A stretch of 49,172 bases of DNA from Candidatus Enterousia sp. (GTDB lineage: Bacteria > Pseudomonadota > Alphaproteobacteria > Rs-D84), in assembly GCA_045651445.1 (NCBI GenBank), contig JAZRSI010000030.1, positions 1 through 49,172 of the forward strand, written 5' to 3'. Numbering within the stretch: the stretch's first letter is position 1; each line of letters starts with the position of its first letter. The notes beneath the pieces are model-generated. The model was not told where the DNA came from and searched no databases. It saw nothing but the letters and a program-made list of their open reading frames with translations. The translations under genes were made by a program, and so were the position numbers. Positions 8,901 through 18,265 of this stretch are shown in pieces.

Positions 8901-10634
8901 TTGAGAACGATAGTAGAAAAATCCATGCTGGGTAAGGCGTGGGTGATGGAATGTGATATTTTTGATGATAAAGGGGATTTGGTAAAAAATATCTTGTCAG
9001 TACGTGGTATCAGTAATGATGAAGATATTAACAAGTTTTTATCCCCAAGTATCAAAGAATATATGCCTAATCCGTCTGTGTTACAGGGGATGGATGTTGC
9101 CGCATGTGTGATTGCAGATGCGGTCCAAAATAATCAGAAAATTGCAATATATGGTGATTACGACGTGGATGGAATTACATCTACGGCGGTGTTTGTAAAG
9201 TATTTGCGTGCGTTGGGTGCGGATGTTATTTGGCATTTGCCAACACGTGAAGGCGAAGGTTATGGGCTGAATAATGATGCGATAAAGGAAATTGCGGATG
9301 GTGGCGCAAAATTGCTGATAACGGTCGATTGTGGTATTAGTGGAATTCAAGAAGTTCAATTTGCAAAATCGTTGGGGTTAAAAGTTGTTGTAACAGACCA
9401 TCATTCGCCAGATTCTGTCTTGCCACAAGCGGATGCGGTTGTTAATCCAAAACGATTCGATGATGTGTCGGGATTGAATTATTTGGCGGGTGTGGGTGTT
9501 GCTTTCTTGACGATAGTTGCGTTGAATCGTGAATTAAAATCACGTGGCTTGGGGCTGGATAATTCTGAATTGATGAATTTTATGGATTTGGTCGCCTTGG
9601 GGACGATTTGTGATACTATGCCGTTGATTGGCTTGAATAGGGCGTTTGTTGCAACTGGTCTAAAAGTTATGGGGTTGCGCCAAAATCTGGGGTTGCGCGT
9701 GTTGATGGATGTGGCAGGAATAAAAAAAACGTCTGTTTATGCCGCAGGATTTGCCTTGGGACCCCGGTTGAATGCCGCAGGACGATTGGATTCTGCCGCG
9801 CCTGCGTTGGATTTGTTGTTGACGGACAATCCGTTGATTGCAAATGATTTGGCGGCAAAATTGCATCAGATGAATCAAGAACGAATTGATATTCAAAATG
9901 CAATTATGCTGACCGCGACGGAAATGGCAGAAAAGTGTTGTAAATCTGGACATTGTAGTTTGTTTGTCTGTGGGGATAATTGGCATGGCGGTGTTATGGG
10001 TATTATCGCAGGTCGATTAAAAGATAAATATAATTTACCGTCTTGTGTGGCAACAAAATCAGATGGCGTGATTAATGGTTCTGGGCGTTCAATCGCCGGT
10101 GTTGATTTGGGTAAAATTATTCATGATGCGTTGGCCGCAGGTATTATTAGCGAAGGTGGTGGACATGCCGCAGCCGCCGGATTTTCATTGAATGAAGAAA
10201 ATGAAAATGCGTTTTGTCAGTTCTTGGAAAATGCAGTAAGGGAACAATTAAATGGCGAAGTGCCTGCGCCGACGGTTTTTGTTGATGCCGAACTGGATGC
10301 AAGTGGCGCGGGGATGAAGTTGGTAAAACGTTTGTCTGCGTTGGAACCATTTGGACAGGGAAATCCAGAACCAATGTTGGTGTTAAATGGGGCGGTTTTA
10401 AAATATGCGACTGTTATGGGAACTGGGGCACATTTGCGGGGAACTGTTGGAACGGCTAATGGAAATCAGTTGGCGTTTGTCGGATTTAATCTTGTTGGGA
10501 CAAGTGTCGGTGATTTTTTACTAGACGATGCAAATACAAATACTAAAATAACTATGCTGGGGCGTTTGAAAGAGAATGAGTATAATGGTCGGGTTAGTGC
10601 GCAGTTCTTTTTGGAAGATATTGCGATAATATAA
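8901..10634 (+). CDS. recJ: single-stranded-DNA-specific exonuclease RecJ
   Basis: DHH motifs DYDVDGITS and VVTDHHSP, plus DHHA1 GGGHAAAAG. The start is either TTG 8901 or ATG 8925. Confidence 0.9.
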   Translation: MRTIVEKSMLGKAWVMECDIFDDKGDLVKNILSVRGISNDEDINKFLSPSIKEYMPNPSVLQGMDVAACVIADAVQNNQKIAIYGDYDVDGITSTAVFVKYLRALGADVIWHLPTREGEGYGLNNDAIKEIADGGAKLLITVDCGISGIQEVQFAKSLGLKVVVTDHHSPDSVLPQADAVVNPKRFDDVSGLNYLAGVGVAFLTIVALNRELKSRGLGLDNSELMNFMDLVALGTICDTMPLIGLNRAFVATGLKVMGLRQNLGLRVLMDVAGIKKTSVYAAGFALGPRLNAAGRLDSAAPALDLLLTDNPLIANDLAAKLHQMNQERIDIQNAIMLTATEMAEKCCKSGHCSLFVCGDNWHGGVMGIIAGRLKDKYNLPSCVATKSDGVINGSGRSIAGVDLGKIIHDALAAGIISEGGGHAAAAGFSLNEENENAFCQFLENAVREQLNGEVPAPTVFVDAELDASGAGMKLVKRLSALEPFGQGNPEPMLVLNGAVLKYATVMGTGAHLRGTVGTANGNQLAFVGFNLVGTSVGDFLLDDANTNTKITMLGRLKENEYNGRVSAQFFLEDIAII

Positions 10635-10646
10635 AGATGAAATAAT

Positions 10647-11600
10647 ATGAAACAAAAGATACAAGAATTTTTTGAACGTATTCGTAACGCTAAATCAATT
10701 GTTATTATGGGACACAAGAATCCTGATGGTGATTCTATGTGTAGTGTTTTGGCATTGGCACATTTAATCGAAGAAAATTTAGGAATTGATGTTTTGTGTG
10801 TTTATGATGGTAATATACCAGATGCGCTGGATAATGTTCCTTTGCGTTCAAGAATTAAATATTTTGAACGTGTGGATTTAACGCAACATTTTGATGTCGC
10901 AATTGTTATGGATTATGGAAATCCTGTGCATATCGGTGGGGCGCAGCCATTGGTGGATAATGCGGGTTTTGTAATAGAAATAGATCATCATAAAAATGAA
11001 AATACGGTTGGGGATTTATGCCTGAATGACGATACGGCGGCGGCAACTGCGGTAATTGTTTATAATATTATGCGTATGGGAAATTGGGTTATGGATTCCT
11101 ATACGGCGGATTTGTTGGCGTTGGCAATATTAACAGATACCGGAAATTTCAAATTTTCACGAAATGGTGATGCGTTGCGAATCGTGGCCGATTTGGTGGA
11201 TAGTGGTGTAAATATTCGTAATTTAATTGAAATGATGAATAATAAACCACGCAAGGCCGTTCAACTAGAAGCGCGTACCGCGGCGAATGCGGAATTCTTT
11301 TATCGTGGGCGATTGGCGTTGGCAACAGTTATAAAGAAGGATTATAAATATCTTGATGGGCGTGGCGAAATGATTTTAAGTTTGCTTGGACAAATTCAGG
11401 GTGTTGATTATATCGTTTTGCTAAAAGAACAAAAGCCAGAACAAATTGGAATTTCTATACGTAGTCGCAAGAAACCGATAAATCATATCGCAATTCAATT
11501 GGGGGGTGGTGGACACGAAAGGGCCGCTGGGGCTATCGTGCGTGATACGCTGGAAAATGTGCGTGCGCGTGTGTTGGAATTATTCAAGGGGGAACAATAA
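10647..11600 (+). CDS. nrnA: DHH/DHHA1 phosphoesterase, NrnA-like oligoribonuclease/pAp phosphatase
   Basis: GHKNPDGDSMCS, EIDHHKN, GGGGHERAAGA. Confidence 0.8.
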   Translation: MKQKIQEFFERIRNAKSIVIMGHKNPDGDSMCSVLALAHLIEENLGIDVLCVYDGNIPDALDNVPLRSRIKYFERVDLTQHFDVAIVMDYGNPVHIGGAQPLVDNAGFVIEIDHHKNENTVGDLCLNDDTAAATAVIVYNIMRMGNWVMDSYTADLLALAILTDTGNFKFSRNGDALRIVADLVDSGVNIRNLIEMMNNKPRKAVQLEARTAANAEFFYRGRLALATVIKKDYKYLDGRGEMILSLLGQIQGVDYIVLLKEQKPEQIGISIRSRKKPINHIAIQLGGGGHERAAGAIVRDTLENVRARVLELFKGEQ

Positions 11601-12217
11601 TGATGAAAAAGATTTTATCTTGTTTGGTTGCGTGCTTGGTTGTCGTTAATGCAAATGCCGCGGTCGATAATAATTTGGTAAGTAGTGCAGAAAAGTATTT
11701 AAATTCTATTACAGGATTGACGGGGAAATTTATTCAGACCGCAAATTCAAAACGGGAACAGGGTGATTTCTTTATGTTGCGCCCGGGGCGTGTGCGTTTG
11801 GATTATGATAATATGCCTGTGCAATTAATTGCAGATGGGCAAGATTTATATTTCTTTGATAAATCATTGGATCAAATAACGACGGTGCCAATTACCAGTA
11901 CGCCTGCGGGTATTTTAATAAGAAAAAATGTCGATTTGAAAAATGCAGATATTAATGTTGTTGAAACGAATGATTATAAAAAAACTTTTTCTTTAAAATT
12001 AAATTTGCGTGGACAAGAAGGCTTGGGGTATATGGCAGTTGTTTTTGATAAGGCGCCTGTTAAATTAAATTCTTGGACGGTTGTTGATGCAACTGGGGCA
12101 ACAACAGATGTTGTTTTTCAAAATTTAAAAGAAAAAACAAAGTTTGGAAAAGACTTTTTCCAAATTCAAAGACATAAAACAATTAGCACCAGTGGTGGTG
12201 ATGATTATTACAATTAA
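11600..12217 (+). CDS. lolA: outer-membrane lipoprotein carrier protein LolA family
   Basis: Signal peptide and a LolA-like pattern (GLTGKFIQ...GDFFMLRPGRVRLDY). TAATG overlap with nrnA. Confidence 0.7.
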   Translation: MMKKILSCLVACLVVVNANAAVDNNLVSSAEKYLNSITGLTGKFIQTANSKREQGDFFMLRPGRVRLDYDNMPVQLIADGQDLYFFDKSLDQITTVPITSTPAGILIRKNVDLKNADINVVETNDYKKTFSLKLNLRGQEGLGYMAVVFDKAPVKLNSWTVVDATGATTDVVFQNLKEKTKFGKDFFQIQRHKTISTSGGDDYYN

Positions 12218-12225
12218 AACGTCAG

Positions 12226-12522
12226 ATGTTTGGAATAAGTTGGGCTGAATTTTTTGTTATTATATTAGTCGCGGTCTTGGTCGTTCCAGCGCGCTTGTGG
12301 CCTGATGTGGCGCGATTCGTTGCACGGTTGGTTAATTATGTGCGGGGATTAATTTGGAAAATTACGGATGCGTCAGAAAATTTAAAACAACAAATAGATT
12401 TAGAAAAACCAATTGATGAAATTATTAAAACTACAACAGATGATGTCTTGGATACAATTTCAAAACCATTAAAGAAAATGACACAAACAAAACGTTCGGC
12501 TAAGAAAAAGGTGTCAAAATGA
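12226..12522 (+). CDS. tatB: twin-arginine translocase subunit TatB
   Basis: MFGISWAEFFVIILVAVLVVPARLWPDVARFVARLV, located directly upstream of tatC. Confidence 0.85.
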   Translation: MFGISWAEFFVIILVAVLVVPARLWPDVARFVARLVNYVRGLIWKITDASENLKQQIDLEKPIDEIIKTTTDDVLDTISKPLKKMTQTKRSAKKKVSK

Positions 12523-13226
12523 AAAAAATGACACTGATACAGCATTTTTCTGAACTTCGTCGCAGAATTTTGTGGGTGGCACTGATTTTTGTTTTAATGT
12601 TTTGTGTAGGGTGGTATATCGCACCGTTTTTACAAAATGTTTTGACGATGCCTTTGTTAAATATTTGGCCAAATGGGTCGGTGTTATATACGGGATTGAC
12701 AGATGGGCTGATGATACGTTTGTCTTTGGCCGGGTTGTTCGCGATGGTTGTAATTGCGCCGGTTGTATTGTGGCACCTGTGGGCATTTGTTGCACCAGGG
12801 TTGAAGAATAGTGAAAAAAAAATAATATGGCCAATGTTGCTTTTGTCGCCAATTTTATTTGTTGCTGGTGCAATGTTTGCTTTTTATTTTTTGTTTCCAA
12901 TTGCGTTCAAGTTTTTTGTTGATTTAAATACGACTTCGTCTGTGCCAAGTGTTTTAATGCCGGCGGCACGTGATTATTTGCGTTTCGCAATAGGGTTGTT
13001 AAAGATATTTGGGGTTGCGTTTCAATTGCCGTTGATATTGGTTTTGTTAAATCGAATCGGTATATTGACGCGTTCTTATGCTCTTAGAATGCGCAGATAT
13101 GCAATTGTTTTTATCATTGTTGTAGCCGCCGTTCTTACACCCCCAGATGTTGTTTCACAAATAGTGTTGGCGATACCTATGTGGTTATTGTTTGAAGCAA
13201 GTATTTTATTCATGCGTCGTGATTGA
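12519..13226 (+). CDS. tatC: twin-arginine translocase subunit TatC
   Basis: Six-TM protein with the TatC N-terminal pattern (LIQHFSELRRRILWV). ATGA overlap with tatB. Confidence 0.9.
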   Translation: MKKMTLIQHFSELRRRILWVALIFVLMFCVGWYIAPFLQNVLTMPLLNIWPNGSVLYTGLTDGLMIRLSLAGLFAMVVIAPVVLWHLWAFVAPGLKNSEKKIIWPMLLLSPILFVAGAMFAFYFLFPIAFKFFVDLNTTSSVPSVLMPAARDYLRFAIGLLKIFGVAFQLPLILVLLNRIGILTRSYALRMRRYAIVFIIVVAAVLTPPDVVSQIVLAIPMWLLFEASILFMRRD

Positions 13227-13246
13227 TTTTATGATATAATTGTTGT

Positions 13247-14575
13247 GTGAAAAAATTCTTTTGGATTTTTATAGGCGGGATGTTCTTGCAGACTGCATGT
13301 GATTTGCAGCCTAAGATTGTGTCGTTCCCTGATACTGTGGGGGAATTTATTTCGGCGCGATATCCGGCGTTGTTGGCGGACCCAAATACACATCCTGAAA
13401 TTTATAATTCTGCGGTTACAGATTATGGTATTTATGCATCGCCAGAATTATATGGTTCATTGTCTGATGATGATTATTTAATGTATGCATCTGTTGATGA
13501 TTATATTGTTCCGCCACAGTCCCAAGAATCAACGGTAAAATCCCAATCAAAGACAGATGATGTTGTACAATCTGATGATTATTTGACGGTGCCCAGATAT
13601 ACTTCACAGGCCGATAATATTGCGTCAAGTGGTGTTTATATTGTTCGGGCAGGGGACACTTTGTATTCAATTGCCAAGAAGCATAATATGTCGGTTGATG
13701 ATGTTGCGCAGATTAATTCAATGGAAAAACCTTATGCGTTGTCCGTGGGACAAAAACTTTCATTAAAGAAAGAAATAGAAAAACAATCCGAACCATTACA
13801 GAAAGATGAAAATGATGTGTTGGAAATCAAGCGTCCTGTTAATGGAGTAAAAACGGTTACCAAGGTTGGGGTTAATGTTATAACCGTGGCAAGTGGCGAT
13901 ACGTTGTATTCTTTGTCGCGTAAATATTCTGTGCCTGTGAATGATTTGGCGATTATGAATAACTTGTCTGTGCCTTTTAATTTATATGTTGGACAGAAAT
14001 TGCGCGTGCCAAATTTGTCTAATGCGCCAATTGCATCAGTATCTGTTGGTACGAAGCAACAAAATGTAAAAGATGTGCCTGTTGAAAAAAAGCAAGATTC
14101 TGTTCCAGATAGAACTGGTGTAAAAACTACACAGGCGCCAGTAAAGAAAATATCGTCTGATCCAAATAAAAAATTACCAAAAATTACAGGACGGTCTTCT
14201 TCGAAGTTTTCTTGGCCGGTACGGGGCAAGGTTTTATCCAATTATGGCGCAAAATCAAATGGGTTATTTAATGATGGTATGAATATTTCCGCAGCGCGGG
14301 GGACAGATGTCAAGGCCGCAGAAAACGGTGTTGTTGCGTATGCAGGAAACGAAGTAAAAGGAATGGGAAATTTGGTTATTATTCAACATGATGCAGGTTG
14401 GATGACGGTTTATGCGCATATGGATTCTATGAATGTTAAACGTGGTGCCAAGGTTGGTGTCGGACAAAAAATAGGAACTGTTGGGGAAACAGGTAAGGTT
14501 GATAGACCACAATTGCATTTCGAAATCCGCAAGGGGACCAAGGCTTATGACCCAAGTTTGTATTTGAAAAAATAA
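13247..14575 (+). CDS. nlpD: LysM-domain M23 peptidase lipoprotein (NlpD-like)
   Basis: GTG start and lipobox LQTAC. Two LysM repeats (YIVRAGDTLYSIAKKH..., ITVASGDTLYSLSRKY...). M23 core (GNLVIIQHDAGWMTVYAHM...PQLHFEIRK). Confidence 0.9.
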   Translation: MKKFFWIFIGGMFLQTACDLQPKIVSFPDTVGEFISARYPALLADPNTHPEIYNSAVTDYGIYASPELYGSLSDDDYLMYASVDDYIVPPQSQESTVKSQSKTDDVVQSDDYLTVPRYTSQADNIASSGVYIVRAGDTLYSIAKKHNMSVDDVAQINSMEKPYALSVGQKLSLKKEIEKQSEPLQKDENDVLEIKRPVNGVKTVTKVGVNVITVASGDTLYSLSRKYSVPVNDLAIMNNLSVPFNLYVGQKLRVPNLSNAPIASVSVGTKQQNVKDVPVEKKQDSVPDRTGVKTTQAPVKKISSDPNKKLPKITGRSSSKFSWPVRGKVLSNYGAKSNGLFNDGMNISAARGTDVKAAENGVVAYAGNEVKGMGNLVIIQHDAGWMTVYAHMDSMNVKRGAKVGVGQKIGTVGETGKVDRPQLHFEIRKGTKAYDPSLYLKK

Positions 14576-14629
14576 TCTGGTGTTTTGTGAATACAGTCAA
14601 ATCATAATTTTGAATTTGTTGTGTTAAAA

Positions 14630-14648
14630 TCTCTCTTGAAAAGAGAGA
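14630..14648 (+). promoter_or_regulatory. 8-bp hairpin overlapping the SD of the downstream oxidase gene
   Basis: tctctctt (14630-14637) pairs with aagagaga (14641-14648). The SD gagagg (14645-14650) is partly inside the 3' arm, and the ATG is at 14658. Confidence 0.35.
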
Positions 14649-14657
14649 GGTTAAAAA

Positions 14658-15857
14658 ATGAAAAGGATAGTTTTTATACTTTGTGTTTGTTTGGCTTTTT
14701 TGTTGATAATTTGGTTGGTTTCTTATATGCAAAGACAAAGGGTGGAAGAATTGACGGGTGGGTATTTGGCGTCAAATCTTGATACAGATATAGAAATAAT
14801 AGATATCCAAGATTTGGAAGATGTCGCAAAACAAATTATTCCATCGGGGGGATTTGGATACATTTATGGTGGCGCAGAAACAGAACAGACAATGCAACGA
14901 AATATATCTGCGTTTGATTGTGTCGATATTTATCCACGTGTTTTAACAAGTGTTGTGGAACCGAATCTTCATACGTCTATATTGGGGGTGGATATTTCGT
15001 TGCCAGTTATTGTGGCGCCTGCGGCGGCGCACGGATTGGCGCATATCTCGGCCGAGGCCGGTTCTGCACGTGGGGCCGCGGTTAGTGGTACGATAATGAG
15101 TGTTAGTAACTATGCCAGTTCGACATTGGCAGAAATTGCTGCGGCTGGGGCAGGGGCGCCACAGTGGTTTCAGTTATATTTAAGTAAAGATGATGCATTT
15201 AATCGTAAAATAGTAAAACAAGCAGAAGATTTAGGCTTTAAAGCAATTATATTAACAGTAGATGCCCCAGTGGGCGGAAATCGTTTTCGTGATGCATATA
15301 ATGATTTTAAATTTCCACTAGAATTACCAAATGTTGCAAAAAAATCTGTAAAAACCAAGGGGCAGGGGATAAATAAAATCTTTTCCGCAGCCCAAAATGA
15401 ATTAACCCCGTACGAGGTTATGTATGTAAAATCATTGACGAAATTGCCCGTTATTGTAAAGGGAATTCAGCATCCAGATGACGCAGAAATTGCAATCTTG
15501 GCAGGGGCGGATGCAATATGGGTTTCTAATCATGGGGGACGGCAACTTGATGGTGCGCCCGCTTCGTTCGAAGTTTTAAGTGAAGTTGCCAAACGGGTTA
15601 ATAAACAGGTTCCTATTATATTTGATAGTGGTATTCGACGTGGACAACATATTTTCAAAGCAATTGCAAGTGGCGCAGACGTTGTCGCAATTGGTCGCCC
15701 CGTGATATATGGGCTTGCGCTGGGGGGATGGCGTGGGGTTGTATCGGTGTTTAATTATTTAAAGTCTGATTTACGTCGTGTTATGATTCTGGCAGGTGCA
15801 CAAAATATTGATGATATAAAGAATACAAAGTTAAGAGTGCGTAATTGTTGTAAATAA
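14658..15857 (+). CDS. FMN-dependent alpha-hydroxy-acid oxidase/dehydrogenase (L-lactate oxidase/LldD-like) with N-terminal TM segment
   Basis: FMN-dependent dehydrogenase pattern (GGFGYIYGGAETEQT, TVDAPVGGNR, VSNHGGRQLD, DSGIRRG). The N-terminus MKRIVFILCVCLAFLLIIWLVSY is hydrophobic. Confidence 0.85.
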   Translation: MKRIVFILCVCLAFLLIIWLVSYMQRQRVEELTGGYLASNLDTDIEIIDIQDLEDVAKQIIPSGGFGYIYGGAETEQTMQRNISAFDCVDIYPRVLTSVVEPNLHTSILGVDISLPVIVAPAAAHGLAHISAEAGSARGAAVSGTIMSVSNYASSTLAEIAAAGAGAPQWFQLYLSKDDAFNRKIVKQAEDLGFKAIILTVDAPVGGNRFRDAYNDFKFPLELPNVAKKSVKTKGQGINKIFSAAQNELTPYEVMYVKSLTKLPVIVKGIQHPDDAEIAILAGADAIWVSNHGGRQLDGAPASFEVLSEVAKRVNKQVPIIFDSGIRRGQHIFKAIASGADVVAIGRPVIYGLALGGWRGVVSVFNYLKSDLRRVMILAGAQNIDDIKNTKLRVRNCCK

Positions 15858-15881
15858 AAAAACGCCATTTGGCGTTTTTTT
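15856..15881. terminator. bidirectional rho-independent terminator
   Basis: aaaaaaacgcc (15856-15866), attt loop, ggcgttttttt (15871-15881), between convergent genes. Confidence 0.8.
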
Positions 15882-16839
15882 ATTTTGTTCTGTGCTTTAA
15901 TAGTGCGATACCGTCGTGAAATTTTTCACCGTCTAATAACGCTTGCTTTATTCGTTTGCGTAAATATGTATCTGATGGGTATTTAGATACGTCAGGTGAT
16001 GATGTGTTAAATAAAAATTTAGACATCGTTGTTTGTGGTTCTTGTTTAAGAATTTTAAAACGATTCCTGAATAGGCGTATGTTGGATTGTTCCGGCAAAT
16101 ATTTATCAAGGTTATCTGACATTAACCAGCTTTCTATGAAGTAGTTCGGGTGTTCAGGTAGATGGGAAAAGTATGTTGGAATTTTCTGGGTTGCGGTCTG
16201 AATTGATTTTTCTGTGTCTGAATCTATCAGTTTGCCACCACGTGGAACATGTATATTTATACAAAATTTATCGGGATTGTTAAAATTTGGAATTGCATAA
16301 TCATAATGCATTATTTCATATTGTAGGCGCCCAAATTCAACAATGTGGGCGTTGATAAAGAAACTGCCCCAGATAAGTTGGGATATTTCCGAGCCTGGGA
16401 TGTTATATACATCAATTCCACGTACGCATGATTCATTAATCCTGAATTTGTGAGTGTCTGTTTGTTTTTGGTCAAATTTTCTGTCTTGCATATTTTTGTG
16501 ATGCTGTTCGTATCCGGATATCAATACAAGTGCAGGCAGGGCATCAATAGTTGTGCGTTTTAAATTATGTGTCCAATTATATTTATCTGGTGAAAACAAT
16601 TCGTTATTTAGTATGTATGCACCATATTGGATTTCAGGATTAGACAGAAAATCTTGGTAATATTTAGATATCATTTTCATGAATTTTTTGTGATGCTGTA
16701 ATTCGTAAAAACGTATGCCTTGGGCAAAATCAAAATCTTTTAACCATTTTTTTACATCGTGTGGGTCAAGGCTTTTGTCAGATATTTGTTGTGGAATTTG
16801 TGAAAAACCGATTCGTTGAAGTATGTTTTTATATTTCAT
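15880..16839 (-). CDS. hypothetical protein resembling the N-acyltransferase-like family (DUF5596 N-domain + GNAT-like C-domain)
   Basis: Recalled family pattern: FGRLQYE...INIHVPRGGKL...FIESWLMSDNL...LPEQSNIRLFRNRFKIL...YPSDTYLRKRIKQALLDG. The assignment is from memory and was not searched. Confidence 0.45.
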   Translation of the reverse strand: MKYKNILQRIGFSQIPQQISDKSLDPHDVKKWLKDFDFAQGIRFYELQHHKKFMKMISKYYQDFLSNPEIQYGAYILNNELFSPDKYNWTHNLKRTTIDALPALVLISGYEQHHKNMQDRKFDQKQTDTHKFRINESCVRGIDVYNIPGSEISQLIWGSFFINAHIVEFGRLQYEIMHYDYAIPNFNNPDKFCINIHVPRGGKLIDSDTEKSIQTATQKIPTYFSHLPEHPNYFIESWLMSDNLDKYLPEQSNIRLFRNRFKILKQEPQTTMSKFLFNTSSPDVSKYPSDTYLRKRIKQALLDGEKFHDGIALLKHRTK

Positions 16840-16930
16840 ATATTTCCTTTCATTTGTTTTTTACCGATATGAACCTTATTGTATAATTTAATATGTGAAA
16901 AAGTAAATGGGATTATTTATAGATAAAAAC

Positions 16931-16958
16931 TTGCATTTGTTAGAAAATAGTCTATAAT
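16931..16958 (+). promoter_or_regulatory. sigma70-like promoter for tRNA-Lys
   Basis: ttgcat (16931-16936), 16-nt spacer, tataat (16953-16958), about 34 nt upstream of the tRNA 5' end. Confidence 0.55.
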
Positions 16959-16991
16959 TAGGCGCGTTCAGATTTTAAAAAGAACAGTTTT

Positions 16992-17067
16992 GGATGCGTA
17001 GCTCAGTTGGTAGAGCAACTGACTCTTAATCAGTGGGTCCAGGGTTCGAGTCCCTGCGCGTCCACCA
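16992..17067 (+). tRNA. tRNA-Lys (anticodon CUU), CCA encoded
   Basis: 76-nt cloverleaf: acceptor ggatgcg/cgcgtcc, D arm gctc-agttggta-gagc, anticodon arm actga-CTCTTAA-tcagt, T arm caggg-ttcgagt-ccctg, then ACCA. Confidence 0.95.
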
Positions 17068-17339
17068 AAAATATAGACCACGAAAGTGGTCTTTTATTTT
17101 TGGAATGAAAGCGCGGACGAGAAGCCTAAAAGGGTTCGGGGCGTCAGTTGGTGAAAACAAGCGTATGCGTAGTTTGAACCATACGTAGCGAAAGGGGCCC
17201 ATCGTGGCGACGCGCCACAGATGGGAATCAGACAGTCCCTGCGCGTCCACCAAAAATATAGACTTTGAGGTGGTCTTTTATTTTTGGAATGAAAGCGCGG
17301 ACGAGAAACCTAAAAGGGTTCGGAACGTCATTTGATAAA
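17049..17339 (+). repeat. direct duplication (period ~185 bp, ~1.6 copies) of the tRNA-Lys 3' end plus ~90 nt downstream
   Basis: 17049-17155 and 17234-17339 align almost base for base. The shared sequence is agtccctgcgcgtccaccaaaaatatagac...ggtcttttatttttggaatgaaagcgcggacgagaa[g/a]cctaaaagggttcgg. The terminator stem is degenerate in copy 2. Confidence 0.9.
17075..17101 (+). terminator. rho-independent terminator of tRNA-Lys
   Basis: agaccac, gaaa loop, gtggtct, followed by ttttattttt. Confidence 0.75.
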
Positions 17340-17473
17340 AAATCAATTGTAAGTTGTTTCTTTTGAAATAAATCAGGGATTCATACCTATGTAAATATTA
17401 AATCAAGATTGATAGAATCAAAGTGTTGACATGAAACTTTGACATAAACATAAAAACTAAAAAAGGAGAAAAA

Positions 17474-18091
17474 ATGAAAAAGTTAGCAATATCAACACTG
17501 GCCGTGCTGATGGCGTGTCCTGCGTTCGCGGGTATGAACCATCCATCCGAAGGCAGCAGTTGGCAAATGTGGGGTATGGATCCTTACGTTGGTCTGCGTG
17601 GCGGTATGAGTTATACTAATTTGAACTATAAGTATGAAGGCAACAAGGAATCTATGACAGATTATATATTCCAGGGTCGTGCCGCATTAGGTTTGGAAGT
17701 TTGCGACAAAGTTCGTTCCGAAATTGAATGGACTTATTTTGGCAAAATGTCAGACCAGGAAAATTTTGGCGCAGGAATCGGTGGCATAGATGTTGAAACT
17801 AAAATGCAAACATTGTTATGGAATTCTTACTGGGAATTCGGTAACTATCAAATCGTTCGTCCATTTATGGGATTGGGTGTTGGTATGGCATTCACAGATG
17901 TTAAACGTCATGGTGATTTAGTACCACGTCATAGCGAAAGCAAAACTCGCTTCTCTGGTATGGGTACATTGGGCGTAACATTTGATATGGAACGTTTCGC
18001 AGTTGATGTTGCGGCACGTTATACATATGTCGATATTCAGTCAGGGTTGCATAACTTTGGTGGTGATATCGGTATTAGATTTATGTTCTAA
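17474..18091 (+). CDS. small outer-membrane beta-barrel protein (Omp25/OmpA-like TM-barrel family)
   Basis: Signal peptide, alternating aromatic/Gly beta-strand pattern and a C-terminal ...IGIRFMF. Strong SD aaaggaga. Confidence 0.75.
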   Translation: MKKLAISTLAVLMACPAFAGMNHPSEGSSWQMWGMDPYVGLRGGMSYTNLNYKYEGNKESMTDYIFQGRAALGLEVCDKVRSEIEWTYFGKMSDQENFGAGIGGIDVETKMQTLLWNSYWEFGNYQIVRPFMGLGVGMAFTDVKRHGDLVPRHSESKTRFSGMGTLGVTFDMERFAVDVAARYTYVDIQSGLHNFGGDIGIRFMF

Positions 18092-18119
18092 AAAAAACGC
18101 CCGTCTGGGCGTTTTTTTT
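18092..18119 (+). terminator. rho-independent terminator
   Basis: aaaaaacgccc, gtct loop, gggcgtttttt, then T-run. Confidence 0.85.
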
Positions 18120-18222
18120 ATTTATATTGCCCTGGTGTTGCAAGTATTTGTTGCGTATCGATTCGGTTTGATGGTTTTGGTAAAATATAGGGCGATGAAA
18201 AATTCTGTTAATATAGCAGAAT

Positions 18223-18254
18223 AAAAAAAGTCCCATAAAATATGGGACCTTTTT
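18223..18254. terminator. bidirectional hairpin terminator (serves the minus-strand gene 18266-18622)
   Basis: gtcccata (18230-18237) pairs with tatgggac (18241-18248), flanked by an A7 run and ctttttc. Confidence 0.7.
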
Positions 18255-18265
18255 CGTGGGGGGGA

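Noticed and set aside
13732-14241. 169-aa minus-strand ORF. Similar long antisense ORFs occur at 22654-23184, 24932-25432, 36348-36800, 45408-45878 and 48027-48557
   Set aside because: Each is fully embedded antisense in a confidently identified gene (nlpD, gatB, gatA, parE, cdaA, tolB). They are shadow ORFs.
17194-17212. Shared GC-rich motif gggccca..tcgtgg between the tRNA-Lys duplication spacer and the reverse strand of the 35190-35210 hairpin, suggesting a common repeat family
   Set aside because: Only ~13-15 nt are similar, with an indel. The flanking sequence is not colinear, so I cannot distinguish this from chance without a genome-wide search.
17026-17253. 75-aa minus-strand ORF
   Set aside because: It lies antisense to the tRNA-Lys 3' end, its terminator and the duplicated segment. 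It is an artefact of an open frame across the GC-richer repeat DNA.
16840-17473. Integrase, transposase or other mobility gene expected next to a duplicated tRNA 3' end
   Set aside because: No ORF with integrase or transposase motifs exists here or anywhere else in the window, so I do not call a mobile element.
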